Position numbers and translations under genes: made by a program. A stretch of DNA of 64,000 nt from Octopus bimaculoides (lineage: Eukaryota): positions 2,907,761 through 2,971,760 of the forward strand of contig NC_068989.1 in the NCBI RefSeq assembly GCF_001194135.2, written 5' to 3'. This document shows positions 37,561 to 51,247 of this stretch, piece by piece (position 1 is the first letter of the stretch; each line of letters opens with the position of its first letter). The notes below the pieces were generated by a model, which searched no databases, had not been told where the DNA came from, and worked only from the letters and a program-made list of their open reading frames with translations.

Positions 37561-39386
37561 TCAAAACTAATTCTTTCATCAATCCAAGGAAGCATGAAAA
37601 TGCAAAATCAGCCCCTCGATAATATTTGGAACCAAAACATTAAGGGATGCTTCTAAATACTGGTTTCAAATTTTGGCACAAGACTAGTATTTTAAGGGGT
37701 GGAGGTAAGTCAATTTACATCGATCCTAATGTTCAACTGGTAATTATTTTATCAAGATGAAAAGTGAATTTGACCATGGCAGAATTTGTTCTCAGAACTC
37801 AAAGACAAACAAAATGCTGCAAAGCATTTTGTCCAGCATGCTCATGATTCTGCCAACCTCTCACCGTAGATGCTTCTAAATATTGCAAGGCATCTTCTCT
37901 GACTTCTGTGGCCGAGTTCCTTTCGAGCGTTGGGGCCTCACGGAGGCAATGATCAAGAATTTTGGCATTGTGTCGTGCTTGAGAAGAAGACCCATCAAGC
38001 TGAGCAAAATCACAGTTGTGGCAGATACCAGTGACATGCAAATGGCACCCATTACATTCTAGGAGTGGTTGGCGTTAGGAAGGGCATCCAGCTGTAGAAA
38101 ACCATTCCAAATCAGACTAGATCCTGGCGCAGCCTTCCAGTGTGCCAGCCTGGTCAAACCGTCCAACCCATGCCAGCATGGACAACGGATGTTAAATGAT
38201 GATGACGATGATGATGATGATATACCACTGTGTCAATAACAATTGATTTCTAGCACTGACTGAAAGACCTGGCAGAATTATCATTGGATAGAATGCTTTG
38301 TAGCATTTCTTCCAGGTTTATGTTTTGAGTTCAAAAGATGATGTATGGTGCTGGCAGAATCGTTAAGTGTTGGAAAAACACCTTGCAGCATTTCTAACAG
38401 GCATTCGACTTCCTCTATTCAAATCCTTCTGTAGTTGATAAAATAAACAGCCAAGTACCAGGATCAATGGTACTGACAGAGCCCCTCCCCTCAACATTAC
38501 TAGACTTGCATGTACCTAAATCAGAAACAATTATTTGTGGTTGTGTGAATGTATAGCTGTGTATCTATTTCTGCACAAGTGCTTCTAGACGGGGCAAGGC
38601 TGAGCTAGCAGCCAATATGCACAAATCACCTAAACACACATATAATTGAATACACACACACACATATTCGTCCATAAACACACAGACATATATATATATA
38701 TACACACACAAGCCACAAACAACTACTACCTTGATACAAGCCTGACGTGGATATGTCATTTCCATGTCCTACGGGACTTCATAACCTACACTGCAGCACA
38801 TAGTATATATATATATGTGTGTGTGCATATACATTCTAGGACAATAGTGGAAGTAAGGGGGTGGTCAGCAGAGGAGTGGGAGGAGGAAGAGGAATGAAGT
38901 CTGATGAGAGATGGTTACTAGAAATGGCAGCCGTGTTTTATCGTTTTTTCTTCTGTTTTTTTTTTCAGTAGAAACTGTATCTTTAAATAGGGTTAATCTA
39001 AATTAGTTTGAGATCACCACGACCGGGATAATGCNNNNNNNNNNNNNNNNNNNNNNNNNNNNNNNNNNNNNNNNNNNNNNNNNNNNNNNNNNNNNNNNNN
39101 NNNNNNNNNNNNNNNNNNNNNNNNNNNNNNNNNNNNNNNNNNNNNNNNNNNNNNNNNNNNNNNNNNNNNNNNNNNNNNNNNNNNNNNNNNNNNNNNNNNN
39201 NNNNNNNNNNNNNNNNNNNNNNNNNNNNNNNNNNNNNNNNNNNNNNNNNNNNNNNNNNNNNNNNNNNNNNNNNNNNNNNNNNNNNNNNNNNNNNNNNNNN
39301 NNNNNNNNNNNNNNNNNNNNNNNNNNNNNNNNNNNNNNNNNNNNNNNNNNNNNNNNNNNNNNNNNNNNNNNNNNNNNNNNNNNNNN

Positions 39387-39470
<84 letters not shown>

Positions 39471-39937
39471 TCATGCAAATATATCTTCATAGGTATATAC
39501 ATATATACTTTTTTAATAGTATGTGAATATACGCAAATATATTGTATATAAATACATATATTTACACATAAACATACACATAAATCTGTGTATGCACACG
39601 TATAACGTACACAGACACATAGAATATACACAAATACATGTGTAATTTTGTACCTATTAATTAAAAAATATAGTGAAACAACTTGCTTTAATTAGAAAAC
39701 AATGAAACTGCAATTAATGTAATAGATACATGCATGTATATATGTATGTATGTATATATTTATATATGCAGTAATTTTTTTGGGGGGTGGGGGGGTTGTC
39801 CTGTAACAAAAAGTATGTCTGTATGTATACAAGTGAGTTTAAACACAGTAGGTGTGTGGTGCAGGAATAAAAAAAGTGTGTAAACTTCTACAGAGTGACA
39901 TTTGAAGAAATACAAGAGAAGGGGCGACGAGAAAGAA

Positions 39938-39973
<36 letters not shown>

Positions 39974-40604
39974 CTCTATGTATTACTCAGAAGGTTAAAA
40001 AAGAAAATAAAACAGATGGTGAGTAGAAGAGAAAGAAAGAAAGAGAGAGAGAGAGAAAGAAAGAAAGAGAGAGAGAGAGAGAAAGAAAGAAAGAGAGAGA
40101 GAGAGAAAGAAAGAAAGAGAGAGAGAGAGAAAGAAAGAAAGAGNNNNNNNNNNAAGAGAAAGAAAGAAAGAGAGAGAGAGAGAAAGAAAGAAAGAGAGAG
40201 AGAGAGAAAGAAAGAAAGAAAGAAAATATGAAGAAGGTGAAGGCTATATTGTTATGTGAATTGATGAAATAGGTGGGATGTTGCTGATGTTGTAGACCAA
40301 GGTCATCTCTGACAGCCAAATTCTTCAATAGTTTGGAACTTGTTCGTTTTAGAGTTGATTTGGCCAGAGGCATTATTAAAGTCGTAACCGACCGTATTTT
40401 TTTCAGTTTATGTGTGTTTCTTTTCAGGTTGTTCGGGTGTAACTTTTCCTTTATTGTTTTCGAAAGACAGTAGTAAGTGATTTTTGAAGGTAACTTTAGC
40501 TTCTATTTCTAGCGAGTCAAAGCGATGAGTGTTTGGCGGCGCGATGTCTTTTGAGGGACGAAAGTAGCGACGGGAAAGAAGGAGAATGGGGAGGGGAAGA
40601 AATA

Positions 40605-40637
<33 letters not shown>

Positions 40638-40994
40638 ATGTCGTCATCATCATCATCATCATCATCAAACCAGCCAGCCAAACAACGAAGTAAAGATACG
40701 TGCGCGAGTTCGCGTATAAAATGTGTGTGTATGGGTGTATGTGTGTCTGAGTATGTGTACACGTCCTTCACAGAAATACACATACACTGTGTGTGTGTTG
40801 ACCAGGCAAAGAATTAGAGTAGTGTGTTGAGAGAAAAGGGGAGAGAAAGAAAGAGATACAGAGTGAGTGGGTGAGAGAGAGAGAGATGCCATAAAAAGAG
40901 ATTAGGATGAAGGAGTAGGTGGGAAATAGCATAAGAGGCGTATGGAAGTAAATGAGAACGAAAGAGGAGAGAAGGGAAAGAGATTGTGGCATAA

Positions 40995-41030
<36 letters not shown>

Positions 41031-41835
41031 ATCAGTAAAGAAGTAGGGAAACAGTGTGACACAGATACAGAAATAAAAGAGAAAGTTCCTAAAGGGAGTT
41101 AGAGAGAAGCTAGAACAGAAGAGAGAGTGAGAGTAAATAGAAAGCGTAAATGAAAGAAAGACAGAGAGAGAGAGAGAGAGAGAGAGAAAGAGTCATAGAG
41201 ATAGAGTAAGAACAATGAGTTACAGAAAATGACCGTTGATATATATACAGAGCTAAAAAAAAGAGGAGGATAGAGGGAACAAGTGCTTAAATATAGAATC
41301 TATGGAGCCCAAGCAGGGACAGTCTTGACCGTGAGGTTAAGACGAAGTGAAGAACTAAAAGATGGAAGTGAGAAACAGAAAAGATAAAAGATATGATAGA
41401 AAAGAAGTGAAAATAAGTTGACATGAAAAAGAAAAGGTAGTAAAGCGGTAAATGTGAGATGGAGAGAAACGTAAAGAGGCGAACGTTAGAGTGAACACAA
41501 CACTTGACATGGAATGCAAAGGTGTAAATAAATAATAAGTGGAAGGAACTCATTAATCCAGTTCCAATTTGCAAAGATTACGATTTAAATTTCCCCATTT
41601 TAAACTTAATGTCTGTTTCCATAAAGTTGTTTTTGTTATACATGTTGTTAATGGTGTTTTGTAGTCCTAAATCATCCCTACTGTCAAAGACGGTCCAACT
41701 ATGACAGACCAACCCGTCATTTTGTATAACTATTATCCGAGTGTGTCATTGGAGGGATGTTTACTGCTATTTCTAACATGTCGAGGGACCGTACAAAACC
41801 TTTTTTGTTCGCTCGAAGTTTTTTTTTTAAAGTTG

Positions 41836-42040
41836 TTTAACCCTAGACCAGCGAATCACGCAGACCTCAAATCAAAGACATTCTAACTGTGACCATATCG
41901 TCTTCTTTTTACGGACACAGTATATCCAAGACTACATTATCCGACGTTTCACCATTTCCTTTTTAAAAGCAACAAGATGTAAAATGAGGGAGAAATGGTT
42001 GGCATTTTTAGCAAGTCGAGTGACCATGCCAGGCTCCCCT
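41836..42040. repeat. Interspersed repeat family D (class unresolved)
   Basis: Recurrent block ...CAGACC..TGATCAAAG.CATTCC..C.GTGACCAT...GTATATC.AGGACTACATTATCCAA...CTATTTCTAGCAAGTCGAG. Pieces at ~2690-2760, 30230-30410 (reverse), 36255-36350, 36555-36670, 36735-36850, 44395-44545 and 56400-56550. Confidence 0.55.
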
Positions 42041-42701
42041 GTACGCTAAGAAGTTTTTTTTTTTTTTTTTACTTTTACATTTCTTGGCAGCATCAAGGGT
42101 TTCATGTTTTAACATTTCCAAGCAGTAATTTATTGTAAAATAATACAATATTTTCAAGGCTGTAAAGAACTCCAAAGATTTTAGTTAATGTTTCTTCCAG
42201 AGTGCTACCGACATCGATTCGATTTTCATTCTTTCTTGAACTTTTCTCTCTAATCTGTGAAAATGATCAAAATTAATATTTTCTGTTTAAATTTTATTCT
42301 ACATTTCATAACAGGATGTTTAGAAGATAGTTTTAAGAGTCTGTTGGTAAGTGATTCGGCATGAATTTAGTCTCGCGGGTGCCAGATTAAAGAGTTTTTA
42401 TTGCATAGTGAGAAAGGAAAACAGAAAAACAAAAAACCATTAAAGATGATCTGTGACATTGAATTACAAAGGGAAGAACTCTGAAGACGGATAGATGAGT
42501 GAAGTTTCCCATCCCACTATCAAAGAAATACCGAGACGAAAAGAAAGTATGGAAGCAGAAACGTGGTAAAAAAAGTGTCTGTGACATAGGCGCACTGTAA
42601 AGAGGTCAAGTTGAGATAGAAAAAGATTAGAACGAATTAAAAGACTTGTTTAGTTACCCAGATCAGCCTTAGTTGAGCAGACAGACACCTATGATCTCAA
42701 G

Positions 42702-42957
42702 CAGAGGTTCTCAACCATTTTCTTCTTTTTTACCTATGGACCTCTTCTGATTCCTAATTTATTCGGGCGGACCCTCATTAATGCCATTCGTTGTTTAAAA
42801 AAATCCTATATTTTTAGAATTAAATATTAGGAATTGTATTTTAAAAAGTTAAAATATTTTGTGTAAAACCAATTTATTGGACATAAATTTTAACAACAAA
42901 ATCTTATATGGACCCCCTCAAGGGTCATAATTAACGACCCTGGGTGAGAACTGCCTG
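42702..42957. mobile_element. hAT-like MITE (degenerate TIRs)
   Basis: CAGAGGTTCTCAACC ... GGTGAGAACTGCCTG. Related ends occur at ~43793 (AGTGGTTCTCAACCTGGG), ~51880-51903 and ~52525-52550 (CCGCCCACTTTGGGAACCACTG). No clean TSD seen. Confidence 0.55.
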
Positions 42958-44578
42958 AAGCAGGACCATCTTGACTTTACGTATGATGTGTCCTTCCTTT
43001 TTTTAAGATGATACAGCGTGGATTGAAGGAGTCTGGTTCCTGTTTCTAGAGTAGAGGCACCGTTGCTGGCAAGATTAGAGATCTCGTGAATACTGTGGAA
43101 TCGTTGAGTTAGAAAAATTGTTGACATTACAAAGAGAACAGGATTTAAAAAAGAAAAAGAAAAACAGTGACACAGAAAACGAGTGACTAAGAAAAACGGT
43201 AAAGATAAGAGTAACATTGAATACGTAGAGGGGATGAGTGGAGCTAGAGTTAATATGATCAGCAAACTAGAGTGACGGAGTTTAAAAAAAGAAAAGGTTA
43301 CTAAAAATGGAATGGAGTTTGAAAATCCTTACTTGCATAGGTGACTAAGCACTTTGAAACTTACAAATTGAAACGTTGACAAAATTTTAGTAGATATACA
43401 TTTTTGAGTAACATATATACATACATGATGTATGTATATATGTATACATGATAAAAATAGATACATATATCATCGCGTGTTATAACTTGTTTGACATAGT
43501 ATTTTGGCAATGTGTCCCTGATTTTCAGATTGCCATGAGGTCGTCATTTAAACTAAGCTATATGCCATTCTGTTATGTTTGTAGTAAGAAAATAACATTT
43601 ATTTCTCTATTATGTGGCTGAGTAGATAGTGATTTTTAACCAAATGGTTATCAATCGATGGAAATTATAGACCTGTGGCCAGTGCCGTCTTCAGTATGGG
43701 CACACGGGGATATTACCTGAGGGTTTAGGGGTCCAATTCTAATTCATGTATGTTGTGGTTTGCTGTCAATAAATAAATACAAAAGGGTCTACAGAAGTGG
43801 TTCTCAACCTGGGTCCATCTGATCCTTAGGGGTCTATATGTAATTTTGCTGTTAAAATTTATCTGTAATATACAAAATATTTTAACAAGTTTCTTTTTAT
43901 CCAATTCCTAATGATATTTAATCATTAAAATGGTTAAGAGGATCCATCCGAATAAGATAGGAATCAAACGTTCTTCAACAGATCTTCAAACGATGGCCAT
44001 TCTCACAAATCACATTTGGCGTTGTGTCTTCGCGACGTTCTTGCAAAATATCATTATGGTAGAGCAAGAAATGGGGTGATTGACAAAGAGGGCGTGAAAG
44101 CTAGCGATGGTTTGAAAGAGAAGTTGAGCAAAAGTAAGTGATGGTGTGAGCCAAAGTTGGTTCCAATGATGGTGTGAGGGAGAAGAGAATAGGTACCGCA
44201 GATTCGGCGAATGGGAAGAAGAAAAACAAGGGATAAGGTGTGACATGGAGATTTGGGTAAATTGAGAGAAAAGAGCAGAGATAAAGAAGGAACGGTTAAA
44301 CGAGATAGAAAAGGATGAAGAAAAGAAAATAGATGAAGAAACGATAAGAGTTAGTCAACAGGTGGTGGTGGTGGTGGTGGTTATATTCAGATGTAAGCCC
44401 TGATTCGAGCAGACCTGTGGTAAAAAGCGTCCCGACCGTGACTATCTCATTTTTTTTAAAAACAGTATACATAACACTCCATTATCCAAAGTGTCTTCTC
44501 ATTTCTTTTGGTTGCTATTTCTAACAGATCGAGCAGCCGACCATAGATTATTTCGTTGATTCGAGCAAAAGATAGAGT

Positions 44579-44616
<38 letters not shown>

Positions 44617-45424
44617 AATTAGTATCAGAGAAAGTGACAAGTAAAGGTTTACGAAAGAGATAGGATAGAAAAACGAGAGAGAGAGAGAGAGAGAGGATTG
44701 AACTTGCCGAGAAATCTTATCTATATCAAAGTAACGTAAAGAGTGATACAAGCCATCAAAGCACCGTCTCAATAAAGAGAATGATTTAACTGTTTTCTTT
44801 CAATATTAATTCGTTACAGCGCCGGACAAAATGCTTCGCGGCATTTCGTCCGTCTTTATGGTCTGAGTTCAAATTCCGCCGAGGTTGNNNNNNNNNNNNN
44901 NNNNNNNNNNNNNNNNNNNNNNNNNNNNNNNNNNNNNNNNNNNNNNNNNNNNNNNNNNNNNNNNNNNNNNNNNNNNNNNNNNNNNNNNNNNNNNNNNNNN
45001 NNNNNNNNNNNNNNNNNNNNNNNNNNNNNNNNNNNNNNNNNNNNNNNNNNNNNNNNNNNNNNNNNNNNNNNNNNNNNNNNNNNNNNNNNNNNNNNNNNNN
45101 NNNNNNNNNNNNNNNNNNNNNNNNNNNNNNNNNNNNNNNNNNNNNNNNNNNNNNNNNNNNNNNNNNNNNNNNNNNNNNNNNNNNNNNNNNNNNNNNNNNN
45201 NNNNTTCTACGTTTATAGAAATATATAGAACTGGAGTGAAAGTAGACCAAATAGAAAAATGAAAGAACCGAATTACCGAGAAAGAGAGAAAAGAGGAGAA
45301 TCAAGAAAACTACGCGAGTTTGAAACAGAAAGAGAAATAAAAATAACCCATGACTATACATACGAGAATAGAAAAAAAGCCTATGTGAGGACCACACACA
45401 CACACACATATGTATGTATGCGCG

Positions 45425-45462
<38 letters not shown>

Positions 45463-45556
45463 CGCGCGTATGTAAGGTGATACAGGGGAGGGAGAGGGGT
45501 GGAGTGAATGTGTAAATGCTGAATGAGTGTTAAGTGAGGTACTCAATCGAACTTAC

Positions 45557-45673
45557 TGGTGAGGATCCCCTTCCATAGCGCTGGAAATGTGATGGTTCCT
45601 GTAAACATCCACACAGAATATCGTGTACCTGAGACAAGCACTGGTTTAACTTCTTCATCAGAACACTAAACAT
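45557..45673 (-). CDS. PRKAG2: Candidate first coding exon of the AMPK gamma gene (39 aa: MFSVLMKKLNQCLSQVHDILCGCLQEPSHFQRYGRGSSP)
   Basis: Read by hand: in-frame TAA at 45682-45680, ATG at 45673 (second ATG at 45658), 39 open codons ending CCA, then a perfect GTAAGT donor at 45556-45551. The phase-0 end joins the phase-0 acceptor at 24742 to give ...SSP|DLSAF, paralleling human ...HIP|DLSSF (38-aa exon 1, from memory). It lies in a CpG-retaining region. Confidence 0.65.
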
Positions 45674-45787
45674 TAAGATTTAAGAATCGAATTGTTCTGA
45701 TAGTTCTTCCTTTTCGTGACTGTCCCTTCCTTCCTCTCTCTCTTTCGTCGTTTCTTTATCCTCAATGAACTAACTTTCTTTCACGTC

Positions 45788-45798
45788 CTTTATATATA
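45788..45798 (-). promoter_or_regulatory. Possible TATA box upstream of the candidate first exon
   Basis: Minus strand TATATATAAAG about 115 nt upstream of the ATG at 45673. TA runs are common in this genome, so support is weak. Confidence 0.25.
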
Positions 45799-47858
45799 AA
45801 TCCAGCTTCCCCCACTCTATCCTTCACACAGTTTGTTTTTTCCTTCTCTTCTGTTCTTGCTGGGGTTTTTTTTCTTTCAGTTTTATCCGTTTTCGTTTCT
45901 TTTCATCTGTCTTTTTCTCTTTATTTGTTTGTCTTTCTTCATTTCTTCTATTTCACTTCGTCCGTCCCGTCTGTCTTTCTTCCTTCCTATCACTTCTCTG
46001 ATTTCTTTCCCATCGGTTTTCTTTCCATTTATACTTTTCCCTCCACTACCGTCCGTCTTGGCTGGTGACGATAATTACGCACGTCTGCGTGCGTGTGTGT
46101 ATAAAGAGAGAAAAACGATGACAATACTAAAGTTGCTATGCTATGATATACACCATTTACTCATGTAGATCAATGAAATTAGTTGATATTACATTACAAA
46201 ATATCGCCAGTAAAAACACAGAGGTTAGATACAAGTGTGTAGTAATAAGGAGGCTTTTGTGCTTTGCTTTGGCATACGGTTGATGTGGTAATAACTGTTG
46301 CTCGTGCTGCTGTCGCTCCTGTTTCTGGCTAATTGTACAACACATGGAGATTTTGAGGTAAATATTTACAATTTCTGATGTTGCAGAGTTTAAAACACGT
46401 GATGGGCGATGTTCAAGTGTTGAGACTACATAACTTTGTTCGTGTGTGTGTGTGTGTGTCTAAATTTATGTTAAATGTATATTCTTTTATTCTTTTACTA
46501 GTTTCAGTTAGTGGGTTTGCGGCTAAGCTAGAGCACTTGCTACGTATCGACTCCTGTAATTATTTCAGGTTGCTTCTTGTCTCATTGATCTTTATTTATC
46601 GAACTGCTAAGTTAGGGCATAAAAAGGCGGCAAAATTTCAATATAAGTACCATAGATCACCAAAAAGGCAACATAGACAAAAGGATTAGCACTTGTCTCC
46701 TTGATCACTATTTCTCGAACTACTAAGTTACGGGACAATATAACGGGGATCATAGTCTCTCCCCTCTCTCTCTCTCATACACACACACACACACACGTTA
46801 GATACGTATTTTCTGGGTGTGTAGTCCACAGCCCCTGAAGATAGTAAATTCACTTCATATGTAAAGTTTACTAAATGATATAAATCAGGGATCATAACGG
46901 GGAAATATTTCTGCCCCCTGTTAAGAAATATTATGACAAATGTTAATTGACATTTAATTGTTCCACAGTTAATTGTACCATAGGATATTAACAGTTGTAG
47001 ATGGCTGGATAATAGGTCGGTGAAACAGAAATGCATGTATATTGAAGATCCGTTTTACTGAAAAAGGGTTTTATTTTATGTCTGTTCAAGGAATATCATC
47101 ACCATCTGGAGAAGGCATCGTCACCATGTTAGTAGTCACGTGTGTGTGTGTGTGTGTGTATGCATTTGCGTATGTATGTATGCGTGTATGTATATGCGTA
47201 TGCATGCATGTGTTTCTGACTATTTGTCTGTATATCTCTCTATCTCTCTATCTATCTTTATATACATATGTATCATCATTCTCCCTGTATATACATATAT
47301 ATCCTATCTATCCCTGTCTGTCACTCTTTATATATGTACGTACGTACGTACACACACAAAGCAGGGTGGCTGGTGGCATGTACATAAACAGCATAGACAG
47401 ATACAGGTCTATCAAATCCCATACAACAAATACTTGACTCATTAAAATTATCTCCACCTTCAGAGGGTTAGTCACAATTACCAAGTGACCACTGAGACCA
47501 GCTGCACATGACACGGGGAGTCTTTCTCTTTTTGTCTAATTTATGCAAACTATCTAGATCGTAAATGTGTTTCGCTCTTTCCCTGTTTACGTCGAAGTTG
47601 CTACACGATTGTTGTGCTGATGATGCCCACTGAGACAGAAACATGCCCTCCCCCCACTGTCCTGTTATCTCCAAACAATAAGCTTATCCTTTCCTTAATG
47701 GCATTTAAACTTTGGAGAATTCTTGATTCTTGAGATTGTCTCCCCTCCTCATATTGAGCTGATTCTGAGTGCTATTTGGCAACTGTGACACATCCTTTGG
47801 AAGTGATGGGAATAACTGAAGAATTTTTTTATAAATCTAGAATTTATGTTGTATGTAT

Positions 47859-47892
<34 letters not shown>

Positions 47893-48624
47893 TATAGTCA
47901 TTATCAGTTTACTGTTTTTGGGTGTTGTGGTTTCAATTCTTGGACATCATTTCACTCCAATTCTGTGGACTTTGTAAGAAAAAGTTGCCAATTAACAAAT
48001 AATTTTGGTCTCTCTTTTCTCTGTTATACTTCATCAATCAATTCCTGGTCTCTTTCCTTCTGTCAGTCTGTCTGTCTGTCAGTCTGTCTCTTCGCTTGTA
48101 TTTTTTCTGGTCTAATGGAAAATACTTTCTCTTCTATGAAACCAATACAAAAAAAAAAAACGCTTGCAAAATTCAACAACTTTTCTTTGTATAATCATTG
48201 GTTTAATTAAAGGTGTGCCCCATCATGACCACAATCCAATGATTGAAGACATGTGAAGTATAAAGGAACAATCAACATCATTGGCATTTTTTATCATAAT
48301 ATATTTCTCTGCTACAATCATAATAATAATAATAATAATAAGCTAATTACCCAGACATAATAATCAAGGATTGGGGAAAAAATACCTTACCCAATGAATT
48401 AAACTCCCACCAGCAAACGTGATAACCAATGCATTACACACTCAACACACAATACAAGACTTCATCACATCTCAAGACAAAAAACAAACTAACAAAACAA
48501 CACTGGGAAGAATGTGCAGAGTTTCCACAGCAGAAAAGAACACACAATGCTGCACAAACCCCAGCAACATGGAGGTGCAGCAGGTGATGCAGTAGAAATT
48601 TGCCTCAAATGATTAACCAGAGAT

Positions 48625-48922
48625 GATTTTTAAAACGAGAATATCTGAAATAAACTCGACTGCTCTCACAAACGAGAATACTAAAAATGAACCCAACTGC
48701 TCTCAGAAATTAAGTAAAAAAAACAAACAAAACAAAACAGGAAACATAATCCAGAATCCTTGTCTGGTACGATCCCAAAATCTAATCAGTTTGTGCCAGT
48801 CATGAGGCCAAACATCCCTGAAAGTTTCATCCGAATCCATCCAACGATTCTTGAGATATCTTGTCCATGGATAAACAAACAAACAAACACGACTGAAAAC
48901 AATACCTCCGCCTTCGCTAAGG
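48625..48922 (-). mobile_element. HINE-like element, copy 2 (hairpin truncated by adjoining SINE)
   Basis: About 300 bp collinear with 20981-21265. Confidence 0.6.
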
Positions 48923-49134
48923 TTTCAAATATTGGCACAAGGCCAGGAATTTTGGTGGTGGGTGTTAGTCAATTACATTACCCCCAATGTTTAACTGGTA
49001 CTTAATTTATCAACCCGTGGAAGGATGAAAGGCAAAGTTGACCTCAGCGGAATTTGAACCCAGAATGTACAGACAGACAAAATACTATTAAGCATTTTTT
49101 CCCTGCTTGCTAACAATTCTGCCAGCTCGCCACC

Positions 49135-49188
<54 letters not shown>

Positions 49189-49866
49189 NNNNNNNNNNAC
49201 ATCAACCCCAGTGCATAACTGGTACTTAATTTATTGACCCTGAAAGAGTGAAAGGCAAAGCCGACCTCAGCAGAATTTGAACTCCGAATGTAAAGACGGA
49301 TGAAATGCCATTAAGCATTTTTGCCCAGCATGCTAATACTTCTGCCACCTCACTGCCTTTATAATAATAATAATTTCTTTTATTGGCCACAAGGGCCGAA
49401 GACACGGAGGACAATATCGGAGGATGAGTTACAGCACACACAAACCAAAACGATAACCCTAACACTAGTTTATTTATTCATCCAAATCACCCCCACCCTC
49501 CTACCTGCTAATCTCAAATATTTGTATGTGTTGCCTTACACTTCCCTTGATCTATTTTCCAAATAAGTATCTTCTTTTCTTTTCCTCTTGACCTTGAATA
49601 TGGTCGCCATCATCATCACCATTGCTTTGAGCGGTTAATTTTCATTTTCGTTTAATTTAATCCAAACCTTTCCGTTCTATATCATCATCATCATAAACAT
49701 TAGCAGAAGCAGTATTTTTTCACGGATAATTTTATTTTCCGTTTAATTTAAATAAAACTTTCCTTTCTATATTATCAACACCATCATCGTTATTTTTGGC
49801 AGACAATTTTTCTTTTCTGTTTAATTTGAAAAAAAAAAAGAAAAAGTTCATTCCACCACCACCACC

Positions 49867-49898
<32 letters not shown>

Positions 49899-50027
49899 GA
49901 TGAGGTTTTTCATAATTATCCAGGCCTCGTTTTTTTTTTCCACCCAAATAATTTACAGCTTATTTTTTGCATTCCTCTTGGTCTTATGTGCCTAGTCTCT
50001 CTCCACCTATCTCTCTCTCTCTTTCTT

Positions 50028-50091
<64 letters not shown>

Positions 50092-50276
50092 CATGTAAGT
50101 ATATGTATGTATGTGTATGTGTGTATGTATATATATGTGTGTATATATATATATATATNNNNNNNNNNNNNNNNNNNNNNNNNNNNNNNNNNNNNNNNNN
50201 NNNNNNNNNNNNNNNNNNNNNNNNNNNNNNNNNNNNNNNNNNNNNNNNNNNNNNNNNNNNNNNNNNNNNNNNNNNN

Positions 50277-50338
<62 letters not shown>

Positions 50339-51177
50339 CATGTAAGTATATGTATGTATGTGTATGTGTGTATGTATATATATGTGTGTATATATATATA
50401 TATATGTATACATATATATATATGTATGTATATATATATTTATGCATGTATATATATATTTATGCATGTATATATATTTATGTATATGTGTATATGTATG
50501 TATACATATATAGTTATGTATATGTATGTGTATATATTTATGTATATGTGTATATATATGTATATGGGTATATGTATGTATATATATATATATATATACA
50601 TATGTATGTCTGTATGTGTGTATATATGTGTGTATGTATGTATCTATGTAAATGTGTGTGTGTGTGTGTGTATACACACACACACACACACACACACACT
50701 TTTTCCAGATGAAATTTAATTTTTCGTCCCTCATCCACCTCTTTCCCCACCCGGAGCGATACGTTAAAACAATATCAACTGTTACTGCTGCAGCAACAAG
50801 AAGAACAACAACAACCACCAGAATGTTTGATGATTAAATGCAGAGGTGCGTTATTCAGACGAATAACTGGCTGTTGCAGACGTGTGTATGCTTTGCGTGA
50901 GTGTGTGCATGTGTGTGTGTGTGTGTGTAACTGAAGATGAATGTTATGGAGCAGACATTGTCTGTAATATAACTAACTTTGCAGTTGATATACTTTCTCT
51001 GAGTTATTTTTTCACAATTTATTTTAAAACTTTGAAATACATGCATATTATGTATGCATGTAACTAGAGAGACGGAGAGAAAGATAGATAGGTAGGTAGA
51101 TAATTAGATAGAGTGAAAGATAGAGGATAGATAGATGGATAGATGGATGGATGGATGGATGGATGGATGGATGGATG

Positions 51178-51247
<70 letters not shown>

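Noticed and set aside
38898-38935. Other CTGATGA matches (38.9 kb, 61.04 kb) as hammerheads
   Set aside because: No pairable stem II leading to GAAA, and no stem I.
39987-40373. Minus-strand ORF MPLAKSTLKRTSSKLLKNLAVRDDLGLQHQQHP... as an alternative first exon
   Set aside because: The start looks protein-like, but there is no consensus donor before it runs into a (CTTT/CT)n repeat and a stop.
40400-40480. Plus-strand acceptor/donor pair (TTTTCAG...GTAAGT) suggesting an antisense exon
   Set aside because: No coherent ORF or partner exons; such motifs are frequent in T-rich DNA.
41025-41160. GAT|GTAAGT donor on the minus strand at 41030
   Set aside because: The upstream sequence is pyrimidine-rich low complexity with no ATG in frame and no clear exon start. 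It could be a UTR exon but nothing else supports that.
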